The position numbers and the translations under genes are program-made. Shown in pieces: positions 1 through 11,527 of a stretch of 64,000 nt of DNA; positions within the stretch are counted from its first letter, which is position 1; every line of letters starts with the position of its first letter. The DNA is taken from NCBI GenBank assembly GCA_036785375.1, contig JAWMAR010000008.1, positions 14,012,001 to 14,076,000 on the forward strand. Direction: 5' to 3'. Under the pieces are notes generated by a model. That model worked only from the letters and a program-made list of their open reading frames with translations, searched no databases and was not told the origin of the DNA. This stretch comes from Leucoraja ocellata. Its lineage: Eukaryota.

Positions 1-1594
1 TTGTTATAGACCCCAATCACAAAATGTAGTATTCGATACAAAAGGAGATCTTGTAATCATTGTTGCGATAGTGACCAGATGATCCATTTTAGGGTGTGGT
101 TTAGTGGCATCCATGAGTGGATTTTATCACCCCAAAATATGATCATTGCACTGTCTATCAATCGCCATAGCCATTTCTTTTCTGTTCATTGCCAACTGAA
201 CCCAGTGAAATCAGTTGTAGAACCAGGCTCTCCCTTCTCATTATCATTGGGGCCAGTGATCTTCTCTGCTGAGGTGGCAAAAGGAAATTTTAGATTTCGG
301 ACAGAAATATGAAGGAAATTCCTGGCCCTTGTGTTAAATGCCTAAATATTGTTAACTTGTATCTCTACAAAAATCACCAGAGTTTCAGGAGTTAATATTT
401 TGAAATCTTTGAGTGCTACAGAGCTCAGAAAGTTTAAATCCTCCTTTTCATCGTCTCTATGCCTTTGTTCAGAAGGACCTGGCGAATTGCCATTTTCACA
501 TAATCTCTGTCGACCCCGTTCTCTGACAGAGAATAAATGAGTTTACAGCTATTAGAGAGGAGGGAGAGAGATGTATGTAGAGAGAGTGTGGCCTTGGAAT
601 GGTATTACCTGGGAGTAACTGCTGATGTCTTTTCCACAGATGCCCGATCCTTGCAAAAACCAGTAAATCTTGCCAAGTTTATTTTCTTTACAGCATCTGC
701 ATTTTATAATGGCGCATTTAATTTGTTTTCACTTTGTCTGCTGGGATTTCTTTGCTCCGGCACTCTCTTTCCTCCCTATTTTTCTGGAAGTGAGCATTTT
801 AATGATTACCGCAGTGGGAATATGGGCAGGTTGGCTGCTGATCTCGACGTGACAGTCTTAAGAAAGTTGTCTTCCTCCCACCCCTCCAGCACAGCAGCAC
901 AACCATTGTACTTCCTCTGCATTTACCTTCCTACTTTTATTTATATCTTTTGAAAAAATGGTAAATTCTCAAATGCTGACCTTTTTTCACTATTAAATGT
1001 CTGGGGAAATACATACCCAGAAATACATATTAAATATATATCACACTATTCTAAGGCCTGGAATACATTGAAGCCCCTTAGTCCCAGGTGCAGACTGTTA
1101 ATCAAATCCTGTATAAATAAATATTATCCATATGCAAATTCAGTTGTTAGTTCGGAGTCAAAATTGAACCTGATTTACAAGTTATTTTAAGGTTTAGGGA
1201 ATGCAGTCGGTGAAACTTGGGTTTCCTGAAAGATAGAGATACACAGCTGGGTAACCGTTCATCAATGGATCTGCCGTCTGGTACCCAAACGCAGTGAATA
1301 AGCAAGTTTTTCCAAGTCATTGTAGTATCCAAAATCTGGGAAATTAAGGCCAACATTTTCTCTGTGAACTTTAAACAAAAAACATTACTGCTAATATGTT
1401 TGATTGCATCTTCTTCAGACAGCAGATACATTTAGCATCTATGGACAATAATGGTGTAGAATTAATCTGCACAGACCAGAATGCTTTTGCAAGGTAAATA
1501 TCTGATCTATATGCATTTACCTGATCTCAGCTGAGTGGCACTTCAATATCAAAGGGAAGAGTGATCTTATCCCTAATCATTGTGTGGTAGGAGG

Positions 1595-1892
1595 CATAGC
1601 AGCATAGCTGGTGGAGTTGTTGCCTCACTGCACCAGAGACCTGGGTTCAATCTTGACCTCAGGTGATGTGTGTGTGGAGATTGCACGTTCTTCCTGTGAC
1701 CTTATAGGTTTATTTCGAGTGCCCCGGTCTCCTCCCACATCCCAAACACGTGGGAGTTTGTAGGTTAATTGGCCTCAGTAAAAAAATGCCCCTAATTCGT
1801 AGGGACTGGATATGAAAATAGGGTAACATAGAATTAGTATGAACGGGTCGAAGGGCCTGTTTTCACGCTGTATCTATAAAACTAAGATCTAA
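1595..1892 (+). mobile_element. tRNA-derived V-SINE (HE1-like)
   Basis: A/B-box head (ggttcaatc), V-core tgtgtggagattgcacgttc...ctcccacatcccaaa, and CR1-type tail cgaagggcctgttttcacgctgtatc. Confidence 0.85.
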
Positions 1893-4454
1893 AGTGTGTA
1901 TGTGTGCCGGTTGTGTTTGTACATGCGTTTTCAAGCCCATGCTCTCACACGTGCCCATGTGCAAAAATGTGTGCTTGTGTGCAGGTATTTGAGTGGTTTG
2001 GAGAATGTGTGAAAGAATGTGTGGATATCAGATCAGACTAGTAAATCGCCAACTTGCAATGAAGCCATTTAAGGAAGAACAGGCTGCAAACTATCATAAT
2101 CTAGATTCACTGTTAAGAATAGCCTTGTGGGGATTGGGCTTGGAGCTTACTAATGCCGATAAAATCTTACCCCGTGCAAAAGCTAAGACCTCAAGAGATA
2201 AATGGAAAACATTGGAGGGAAGTAATGGGAATGATCCCATATGGATTTAACACTCCAAGATATTCATTGTTTGTAGACTAGATGATGATGTTTTGAGGCA
2301 ATAAGATGCTTAGTTGTACATTTGCAGCACTGATCAATGGGACTGAGCCAAGGAGTTGAGGTTTCATTCGTGATTTGAAATTGAACATCTGGCTAAATCT
2401 CATTTTCTTCAGTGAATTCTATATGGTCTGAATAATTGCAACTGACACAATAGAAAGAAGTAGTTTTTTCCCTCTCCAAGCTCTGCATTTATGTGGTTAC
2501 CGATTTGGCAGCTCATTAAAGAATGTTTTTGAATGGGTTCCCAGTAGAGTGTTCTCAGTAAGTGATCGATGTTCAAACATTTTCACCCAGCTAACATAAC
2601 TGGTGGCCCAAGGTGGTGATATGGTGGCTGCAATCTGAAATCAAACTTTGTGAAGCAAAGCAGTTGCTATCATAATGAATTTTGAAAATAAAAGATTTAA
2701 TGTGTATTGTGTACCAAGCCTAGTGTCAAAGTGCTTTGGTGCCCTTAACCTAGATTGATTACGCTGTTGTAGCTTCTCCGCTTTTGGTCACCAGTGTGGG
2801 GAGCTCCTGATCTCTGGGAAACTACTTTGTATAGGGAGTTTGGAATATGAGCAGATTTTCCCCTGAAGTGCTGTAGTTTGCCTTCTAGCCATCCACTAAC
2901 AGGCAGCATTGAGCTTATGGTAAACACAGTAACTACACAAACTGTTAAAGGAGCTTGTCAATATGAAGTGCTTTCCAACATTTGAAATCATCTTATGGTT
3001 TACAGTAAATTTACAAAGATGCATGAAAAATGTAGTTCAGCACAATAATGACAGCAGTGTGAGTTGTTCATAAATGAGTGTGTCAAGTTAGACTGCAGTG
3101 CCTCTTATTTTTTGTATTTTGCCATTCATATGGAATATCATGCTTGAGAAGAGGAATGCATTAAGATAATCTGTTTTGTAGAATTTTGCAGCACAGAAAT
3201 CATCCTGCATTATTCAGTCAATGCCATTGCTAAATACAATGAAGAAAAGTGTGAAATCATAAATGCTTTAATCTATTGGTTTTTTTGTTCTGCCTCTCCA
3301 TCCATGTACTGTATTTGAGTGTAAGATGAGGGTGTTGATGGCAAGATCAGCATTTATTGCCATCCATAATTACCCTTGGAAAAGCAGTGGTGAATTTAAA
3401 TCTTTCCACATATAGTAGTTGGCATAAATGTGCTTCTGTGCTTACAGCTATGTAATTCTTATTCAGCAACATAATCTAGTTTAATTCATAATGGCTCCCA
3501 TTTGCTCTCTCCTCACAGGGAATATTCCAGCACAAATCAAAGGGATTAATCAGGCAAAATGTGCCTCCTTTTTGGTAAAAAAAAATTCCGGTTGACATTC
3601 CAGGAACCAGAAAGAGACGGGAGATAAAAGCATTAAATATGTTGTTCTTCTATTTTCATTTCAGATTTTCAGAACTTGTGGCATTTTGTTTCTTCTTGAG
3701 ACATCTGCCTAGGATATAAGATTTTGAGGTTATACAAAGAACTATTTTAACTTTCGAGATCTCCTCAGATTAAATATTTAAATCGACCCCCTTCAATTTT
3801 TAGAACTTGTTTTTTAATTAACATCTTATCATTAACCAACGAGAAAGCAGTAATTCCAATCAAAACTCACCGAGGCAGAAAGGAATTCCACTCATTGTGA
3901 ATTACAACATGGTCGTAGATATTGTATAATGTTGGAGACAAAATCCTAATCACAAAGTTGAGCATGTTGCTCAAGGTTGTTCATTGCTTAAAACCTACAA
4001 ACGCAATGGGTTAAATTATATGTCATGCAATTTAGGAAGTTGCACCTGTCCCGGTGTTTTTTTAAATCGGTGCTAATAATGGTCGACTTCCTGACACCGT
4101 GAAGCACTGTGAACAATCTGAGGCTTCAGAACTGGTTTGATGTAAAAAATCAGGAGATCCACGAGGTTATGAATCAAAAGTACATGGCACCCTTGGATTG
4201 AAGACTCTACCACATTCAAGGGAATAATATAGAGTTTCTGAAAGTTGAGTTCAAACAAAAACATTCCGAAGAATAAATAATAGGTGGAAAGAGGTCTGGT
4301 ATTCTGGTAATTGTGACGTTTGTAGACCCATTACTCCTGTTGAGACCATTGATATACCAGACATCTAAGGAGTCACACGCTGCCAGCTGAGAATGGAAAG
4401 GAGCATAGCAAAGAAATAGAAGCAGTCAATACATGTTGGAAGGAGCACCGCAAG

Positions 4455-4620
4455 GCCCTGTCCTTTTTATGTGTCCTTGACCCATTCCACAACAGACTAT
4501 TTCCCTGCCACCTTAGATCGACTAGAGGTTGAAAAGGCCATATGTCTGCTGAAAGACCACAGGCCTTTGGAGCAAACAGTATCCCTGCTGAAGTTTTTTT
4601 TAATTGGCAGGGAAGAACCT
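4455..4620 (+). mobile_element. Decayed RTE-clade LINE fragment
   Basis: EVEKAICLLK followed by a frameshifted GIPAEVF-GGEE-like motif. Probably the same element as 5585-6730, split by the Rex1 insertion. Confidence 0.6.
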
Positions 4621-4639
4621 AGACGCAAGTCCAAAGGTT

Positions 4640-5400
4640 TATATTGCACGCAAGATGTTGTGTGTCAAGAGGTCAAGGAAGAGTACTGGGTCATAGGGCC
4701 AGGGGTTTGGAGAGGAGTTCAGTTTGAATTATAGTGTTGAAGGCAGAGCTATAGTCAATAAATACGAGTGTGACGTTGGTGTCTTTGTTATCCAGGTGTT
4801 CCAGGAATGAGTGTAGGGCTGTCTGCTGTGTGATCGTTATGGTAGTGTACAAATTGCAGTGGATCATGGCTCTCTGGGAGGCTGGAGTTAATGTGGGCAA
4901 TGTGCAGCCTCTCGAAGTACTTCATGATGGCACTTCATGAAGCCCCTGCACGGTAGATAGTAAGGCATGCTACCTTGCTATTCTTTGGCACTTACTTGAT
5001 GGTTGGCTTGTAAAAGCGGGTGGAAACCTATGATTGGAATAAGGTGAGGTTAAAGATGTTTGCAAATACTCCTACCAGTGGCCCACGGAGGTTCTGAGGA
5101 CATGGCCGGAGACTCCATAAGGATTAGTCGCTTTCCGCTGGTTCACTCTCTGAAGCCGATGTGACTTCTGCATTGTTGACCTTGGCTTCAGGTACACTCG
5201 AGGCTGTCGGAGTGGGTGACATCATAGAATGCATTGTGCTCATTGGGGAGAGATACGTTGTTGAGAGCAATTCTGCCTGACTTCCCTTTGTGGCCCGTTA
5301 TGATGTGTGGTTACTCTGGAACTAGTTTGGTCTGGTATTGTCTCTTGTCAACCTTGCTGGCTCTGCGACAGTCATACTCAATTTTCGATGTAAGTCTGTA
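4640..5400 (-). mobile_element. Rex1/Babar LINE RT fragment
   Basis: Minus-strand [31 protein letters not shown] and upstream GVFANIFNL-like motifs. Confidence 0.85.
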
Positions 5401-5584
5401 TCCTCTTTCGCCATAGGCGAGGTCCAGGAGGACTGGAGATTACTAATGTTGTTCCTTTTTTTAAGAATGGAAATAGGGATATGAAACATGTGCAGGCAAA
5501 AGGGATTAGTTTAATTTGGCATCATGCTTGGCACAGACATTGTGGGCTAAACGGCTTTTTCCTTTGCAGTTCTATGTTCACCGT

Positions 5585-6730
5585 GCAATAACTCGAAGAA
5601 ATGACCGGGAGCAACACCAACCTCTTGATGTGGGCTTTTGCATTCTGACCAGAAATTTCACCATAGATAAAATCTCAGTGCAGGCTGGGGCCTACCAAGG
5701 CCATGTAATTGCTGCAACCTTTTTCTTAATCTTTCTCTTCACAATATTGGACTTTGTCGCCAAGAAACTTCCTGCTTGAGTGGAGCTTGTCTACATGATG
5801 AATAGGAGGTGGTTCAACCTCTGTCACTTCTGCTTCAAAACCAAGGTCACTCTAACATCAGTCATCAAGCTGCAATACGCAAATGTTTGTACATGCACAC
5901 ATTCGGAGTCCAAGTTCCAAGTCATCATTGAATCATTCACTGAGGCGTACAAAATAACAGAACTTACAGTTAACAGTTGTAAAGCAGGAGCCTTTGTGCA
6001 ACCTGTTGCAATTGCACAAATCCTTTCCTCCACCACCCACACTAACAGTAAAGATCTAAGATGTAACATTGGAAAACGTGTGCACTTTCTTTACCCTGGG
6101 AGCCATTCCTCCCCACAAGCAACACTGATGATGAAATTCATCATGGCCTCCAGCACACCCTTCAGTTGCCTTAGGAAAATAATATTTAAAGATTAAGACC
6201 CCAAACTGAGCACAAATATTATGCTCTGCTGGGCAGCAGTAATAACTGCTCTCATGGATTCTTCATTGACTCGACCTGCAGCCCAACCCCACAGTACTGG
6301 AGAGATACCATCATCAGTGTCTTCACAAATTATTCCAAATCTACTCGTGAACCAACCTGTGTTCTTTAACATCCCCAGCACCAAGGCTTTCATTTGAATG
6401 TCCAGCTCCCATGGTGGTCCATATGGTTTGCACGTCCAACGTCAGACTTTCAAAGTAAGTACTCAGCTGGAGATTGTTGGGAGGACAGAGGAAATACTTT
6501 AAAGATTTCTTAAACATATGTGACATGCTCATTGATCATGAGAATCCCAGACATGTGAGCGAGCACCTTGTATTTCTCCGTCAGCACCATGTGAAAGTCC
6601 AGCAAAAATGCACCTTCGCCCTCAAGTGGTTTCTGCCTCACCCATTGTAGGCGCATCACCCACCTCAGAATCTGCAGGACTGGAGTGGAAGCAAGTCATC
6701 CTCAATGCTCAGGAACTGCAGAAGAAGAAG
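5585..6730 (+). mobile_element. Decayed RTE-clade LINE, RT through 3' end
   Basis: REQHQPL, QGHVIAATFF, FNL..KTKVT..VIKLQYA..HSE..QVIIESFTEAY and HF.YPGSH motifs. 3' end ggagtggaagcaagtcatcctc...gaagaagaag. Confidence 0.8.
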
Positions 6731-6784
6731 ATGCACCAACCCTTATACATTGCTTTGGTCAGGAGACCATCTAGAACTCTGAGA

Positions 6785-6885
6785 TATAAACACAAAGTAC
6801 TGTAGGAACTCAGCCGGTCAGGTAACACCTGTGGAGGAAATGAACAGATGACGTTTCGGGTTGGAACCTTTCTTCAGACTCAGTC
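6785..6885 (-). mobile_element. Penelope pseudo-LTR fragment with hammerhead-like core
   Basis: Minus strand of 6850-6877 reads CTGAAGAAAGGTTCCAACCCGAAACGTC. Similar to the pLTR at 53690-53790. Confidence 0.7.
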
Positions 6886-7089
6886 AAATTCAGGCTTTTA
6901 ACTTAGAACAGAAGCTCATAACTGTGTGTTCTGAAGCATGACAGTTTGAAAGTAGCCCGAGCTAATGTGCTAAGTATGCATGATAATTTCTGTTGTCTGT
7001 TGTCATCTGTTGTCATAAGCAGACCACTTGGAATCTGGAACTAAAGCAAAGTACTGGAGGAATTCAGCCGGTCAGGCAGCATATAACAG

Positions 7090-8314
7090 TCAGGTAGAAT
7101 GGATTAAGGAGAGCCAGTGGATGTGGTGTATCTCGACTTTCACATTTTTTTTTGACAAGATCCCACAAAAGAGATTAGTGTGCAAAATTAGAGCACATGG
7201 TATTGGGGGTAGGGTATTGGCATGGATAGAGAACTGGTTGGCAGACAGGAAGCAGAGAGTAGGAATTAGCAGGACCTTTTCAGAATGGCAAGTAGTGACT
7301 AGTGGGGTGCGGCAAGGCTCAGTGCTGGGACCCCAGTTATTTACAATATATATGAATGATTTAGACGAGAGAATTAAATGTGACATCTCCAAGTTTGCAG
7401 ATGACACAAAGCTGGATAACAGTGAGCTGCGATGAGGATGCTATGAAGCTGCAGGGTTACTTGGGTAGGTTGGATGAGTGAGCAGATGCATGGCAGATGC
7501 AGTATATGTGGATGAATGTGAGGTCATCCACTTTGATGGCAAGAACAGGAAGGCAGATTATTATTTGAATGGTGTCAGATGAGGAAAGAGGGAGGTGCAT
7601 GAGACCTCGGTGTGCTTGTACATCAGTCACTGAAAGTAAGCATGCAGGCAGAGCATGCAGTGAAGAAAGCTAATGGCATGTTGGCCTTCATTGCGAGAGG
7701 ATTGGGGTTTTGGAGCAAGGAGGTCCTACTGCAGTTGTATAGGGCCCTGGTGAGACCGCACCTGGACTATTATGTGCAATTCTGGTCTCCTAATTTGAGG
7801 AAGGATATTATTGCTATTGAGGGAGTGCAGCGTATGTTCACCAGGTTAATTCCCGGGATGGCGGGACTGACATATGATGAAAGAATGGGTTAACTGGGCT
7901 TGGACTCACTGGCATTTAGAAGGATGAGAGGGGATCTTATAGAAACATATACAATTCTTAAAGGATTGGACAGGCTAGATGCAGGAAAAATGTTCCCAAT
8001 GTTAGGAAATCCAGAACCAGGGGTCACAGTTTAAGAATAAGGGATAGGCCATTTAGGACTGAGATGAGGATATACTTCTTCACCCAGAGAGTTGTGTATC
8101 TGTGGAATTCTCTGCCACGGAAGGCAGTGGAGGCCAATTCACTGGATGTTTTCAAAAGAGAGTTAGATGTAGCTGTTAGGGCTAAAGGAATCAAGGGATA
8201 TGGGGAAAAAGCAGGAATGGGGTACTGATTTTAGATGATCAGCCATGATGATATTGAATGGCTGGCTCGAAGGGCCGAATGGCCTACTCCTGCACCTACT
8301 TTTCTATGTTTCTA
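7090..8314 (+). mobile_element. 5'-truncated CR1 LINE inserted into a Penelope mini
   Basis: RT motifs [36 protein letters not shown] and LVRPHLDYYVQFWSP, with tail ttctatgtttctat. It splits the host repeat ggtcaggcagcat (to 7082) from ctgtggagggaatggac (from about 8315). Confidence 0.95.
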
Positions 8315-9244
8315 TCTGTGGAGGGAATGGACATTTTGTGTCGGGATCCTTCTTCAGACTGATGAAAAAGTGACCTGTCAATTCCTGCAGCACTCTGTGT
8401 TTTATTCAAGATTCCAACAACTGTGGTTTCTTGTGTCTCCATCTTGCTGCTGAGATGGTTTATGGAAGAGCATTCATTCTGTAGCACAGTATTCGACTAT
8501 TTATACATGATGATTGATCGCAAAAGGCCTGACAACTAGTATATTTTAGAAAGATAGATAACAAAGTAGAAAGGCAACCCTGAATAAAATGGTCTGATAC
8601 TCCAAGCCAGCTGGACTCAGCACCATTGTTCACAAAATCTTAGTTCATTTTGGGGTGTTGATTTTGAGTTGGTATGCACAGAACATTTTGAATGGAAACT
8701 TTTACTGAAGGAGCATCACCTCTTATTTAACTTTGTTGCTTCAAATTGGAATGTAGTTGCAGGTTTTCATGTGCCTGACCATTAATCCCCAAACATTACA
8801 AATTACCTTTGAAGTGAATGTTGTCAAACAGAACACTAAAGAGCCTCAGTTGTCTTTGTCCTGGGCCTAATTGTTATCACAGGCCTGAATGAATCTCTGA
8901 AACAGTGTGGGAAAGGAGCTGGCTTTTCTTTTCCCCCTTTTCCTTTTTATATTTCAACAAATAAAACCAAAACATTCAATAAGTTGTTAATGAGGAGTCC
9001 AAAGTCGGTTCTGGGCCTGTTAAATCATTTGCTGTTCCATGGGCTTGGGTTACTTTTCAGATTTTGCCCTGGATATTGAAGTAGGCTTGATGCCTCAAAC
9101 ATCATTGAAATAACTTTTTTTGAATAGAATGTTTGTCTGATGTCGTTAGGCCTGGAGTTGAATCTGTAAAATCTAAGTGCACTAAGTTCATTTTAAAAGA
9201 CAAAATGAAGAGGAAAGCATTACAGGGTACAAAAGGAACTTGCT

Positions 9245-9530
9245 TAGAACATTACAGGACAGGAACAGGCCCTTCGGCCCACAATTACTGTGCTGAACAT
9301 GTCAAGATAAATGAATCTAACATGATCCATATCCCTCCATTTCCTGCTTATCCATGTAACTATCAAAAAGCATCTGAAGCACCACAATCATGTCTGCCTC
9401 CACCTCCGCCCCGGCAGTACGTTCCAGGCATGCACCACTCGTTGTTTAAAAAACCTGCACATCTCCTTTAAACTTTGTCTCTCTCACCTTAACGCTATGC
9501 CCTCTATGACATTTCCACCCTGGGGGAAAA
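9245..9530 (-). mobile_element. CR1 3' end fragment
   Basis: aacaggcccttcggcccac tail and the reverse complement of the C-terminal RGHSVKVR..KFKGDV region. Confidence 0.75.
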
Positions 9531-10704
9531 TTCGATTTTACAACAATCAGTAGTTTAGTGGTCAGCATTATTGAGATTTTATAAAATTCCACCTTATGTA
9601 ATTTGCTGAATCTAAATGTCACAGCTACCATTGCAAGATTTGAGCACTCTTTAATACAGGTCTCTTGACTACTGTTCTAGTAATTTTACCACTGCACTAC
9701 CAACACACCACACCCCTAGCACTTTATATGGATGGCCTTCAGCCTTAATTCATGTAACTGCACTCCCGATATTGGATATTCCAAGGGTGCAGAATATTCT
9801 TGCCAGAGTGTCAATATTTAGATGTAGTGCCACCAACTTAGTGGATTGTGCTCCATTGACGTGTATATTAGCATTCTGGTATCAGTGAGAGTATTGGTTA
9901 TACAATGCACCCGGGAGTCATGAGTGATTTTAAATTTACTGTGTTCCCAGCTAGCTAACTTGGGGGGCATTTCTTCAGAGGGATGTAAAATTGGTGGATC
10001 TCTCAACCCAGACTAGTCTGGAATGCCCCTTGGCTGTCATTCAAGGAATATTTAACTCATCTAGACTCAGAGAGTCTGTGGTCAGAGAGAAAAAAACATA
10101 GGTCAACTTTAAGCTAATTCCAAACAAACTGCTGCTCACAATATTCAATAATGTTGCTTGGGATTTGGGCTTGGTCAGGGTATGATCCATTCCTGTGCTT
10201 GTTCTATAAACTCTGACAGTCTTTCTGACTATTTTATTTCAATTGTAACTCCAGGGCAAAGTCTTTGAGTTTGTTCTTTGCATGATGTTGCTAAATTTGA
10301 AACCAGGATTCATTCTTGATACCAGGCTAAGGAGTTTAAATTAAAAAACAAAATGTAATAAAAGGATTCAAAATGAGACCATGTTTGGGAAAACAACTAA
10401 ATGTTAGTTCTTTTTTTCAAAAAAATCAACTGTGAAGTTAATTTAACACACGTAATGTTTTTTTTAATAAGAACTGCTGACAACACTGCAACATTTTAAT
10501 AATTGTTGGCACCTATTTATGGTAAAACATTGGTTAAAGTTAATGGACCAGAAGCTTTGACTTGTAAGGGAAGGACACATGTTTGAAGCTAAATACAAAT
10601 TGCTGGAGAAACTCAGTGGGTCAGGCAGCACCTGTGGACAGAAAGGACGGGTTGATGTTTTGGGTTGAGATCCTGTGTCGAGACTCGAATCCTTCCAAGG
10701 TGGT

Positions 10705-11075
10705 TGAGGAATTAAAATCAAATTAAATGTTAAAAAAAAACTTGCATCAGAAATGCCAATAATTAAACTATTGGATTGTCGTAAAACTTGTGGTTTGTTA
10801 ATATTCTTCAGGGAAGGGAATCTACTGACCTTGCTAGATCTGGTCTATATGTGACTGCAAACACATCAATATAGTTGAGACACAAGAGACTGCAGATGCT
10901 GGAATCTTTAACAAAAAACTAACTGTGAGAAGGAGTCCCGCCCATCTGTCCCCTTCTCTCCACAGATGCTGCCTGACCCACTGGGTCCCTCCTGCAGTTT
11001 TTTTTAAAAACATCAATATAATAGACTGTAAATGAACTCCACAGTTCAACGGCAACTAGAAATAAGTAATAAATC
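10705..11075 (+). mobile_element. Old SINE interrupted by a Penelope mini (10879-11009)
   Basis: ggattgtcgtaaaac...gggaagggaatct...tatgtgactgc, similar to 59050-59385 and 61640-61980. The insert is flanked by a 14/16-nt direct repeat. Confidence 0.65.
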
Positions 11076-11149
11076 TTAGAATTTTTGACAATATTTCGAG
11101 CAATATTGGACTGATCACATTATTTACGTGGCTGACATCAGACTCCTAA

Positions 11150-11527
11150 AACACTCTTTCCCAATCTTTTCCTCTGTCATGGGAAGAGATCAACAGGCAG
11201 GCAGGAGCAAAGATTCAAGGGTGTGTTTGAATCCTCTTTGAAGAAATTGAACATCGCCACTGAAACATGGGAACTTTTGGCACATGGTTGCTCAAAAGGA
11301 GGAGGGAGCATTCAGAGTGATATCGGGAACCTTAAGACCGCGCATTGGAAACATAGAAGCACTGTATAAATGGTAAGAGGAGGACACCTCTCAAACTACC
11401 CGCTCCATTGACCAAATCTCTCCTATTTGTGGAGATCCCTGCTGTTCCCACATTGCTTGATTGGCCAGCTCAGAGCTATCAAAACCCGAGCAGAAGTAAG
11501 GCATCAGAGGGCGTGCTTCAGAAGAAG
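11150..11527 (+). mobile_element. RTE LINE 3' fragment
   Basis: LKKLNIATETWELLAH motif and a gaagaag tail. Confidence 0.65.
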
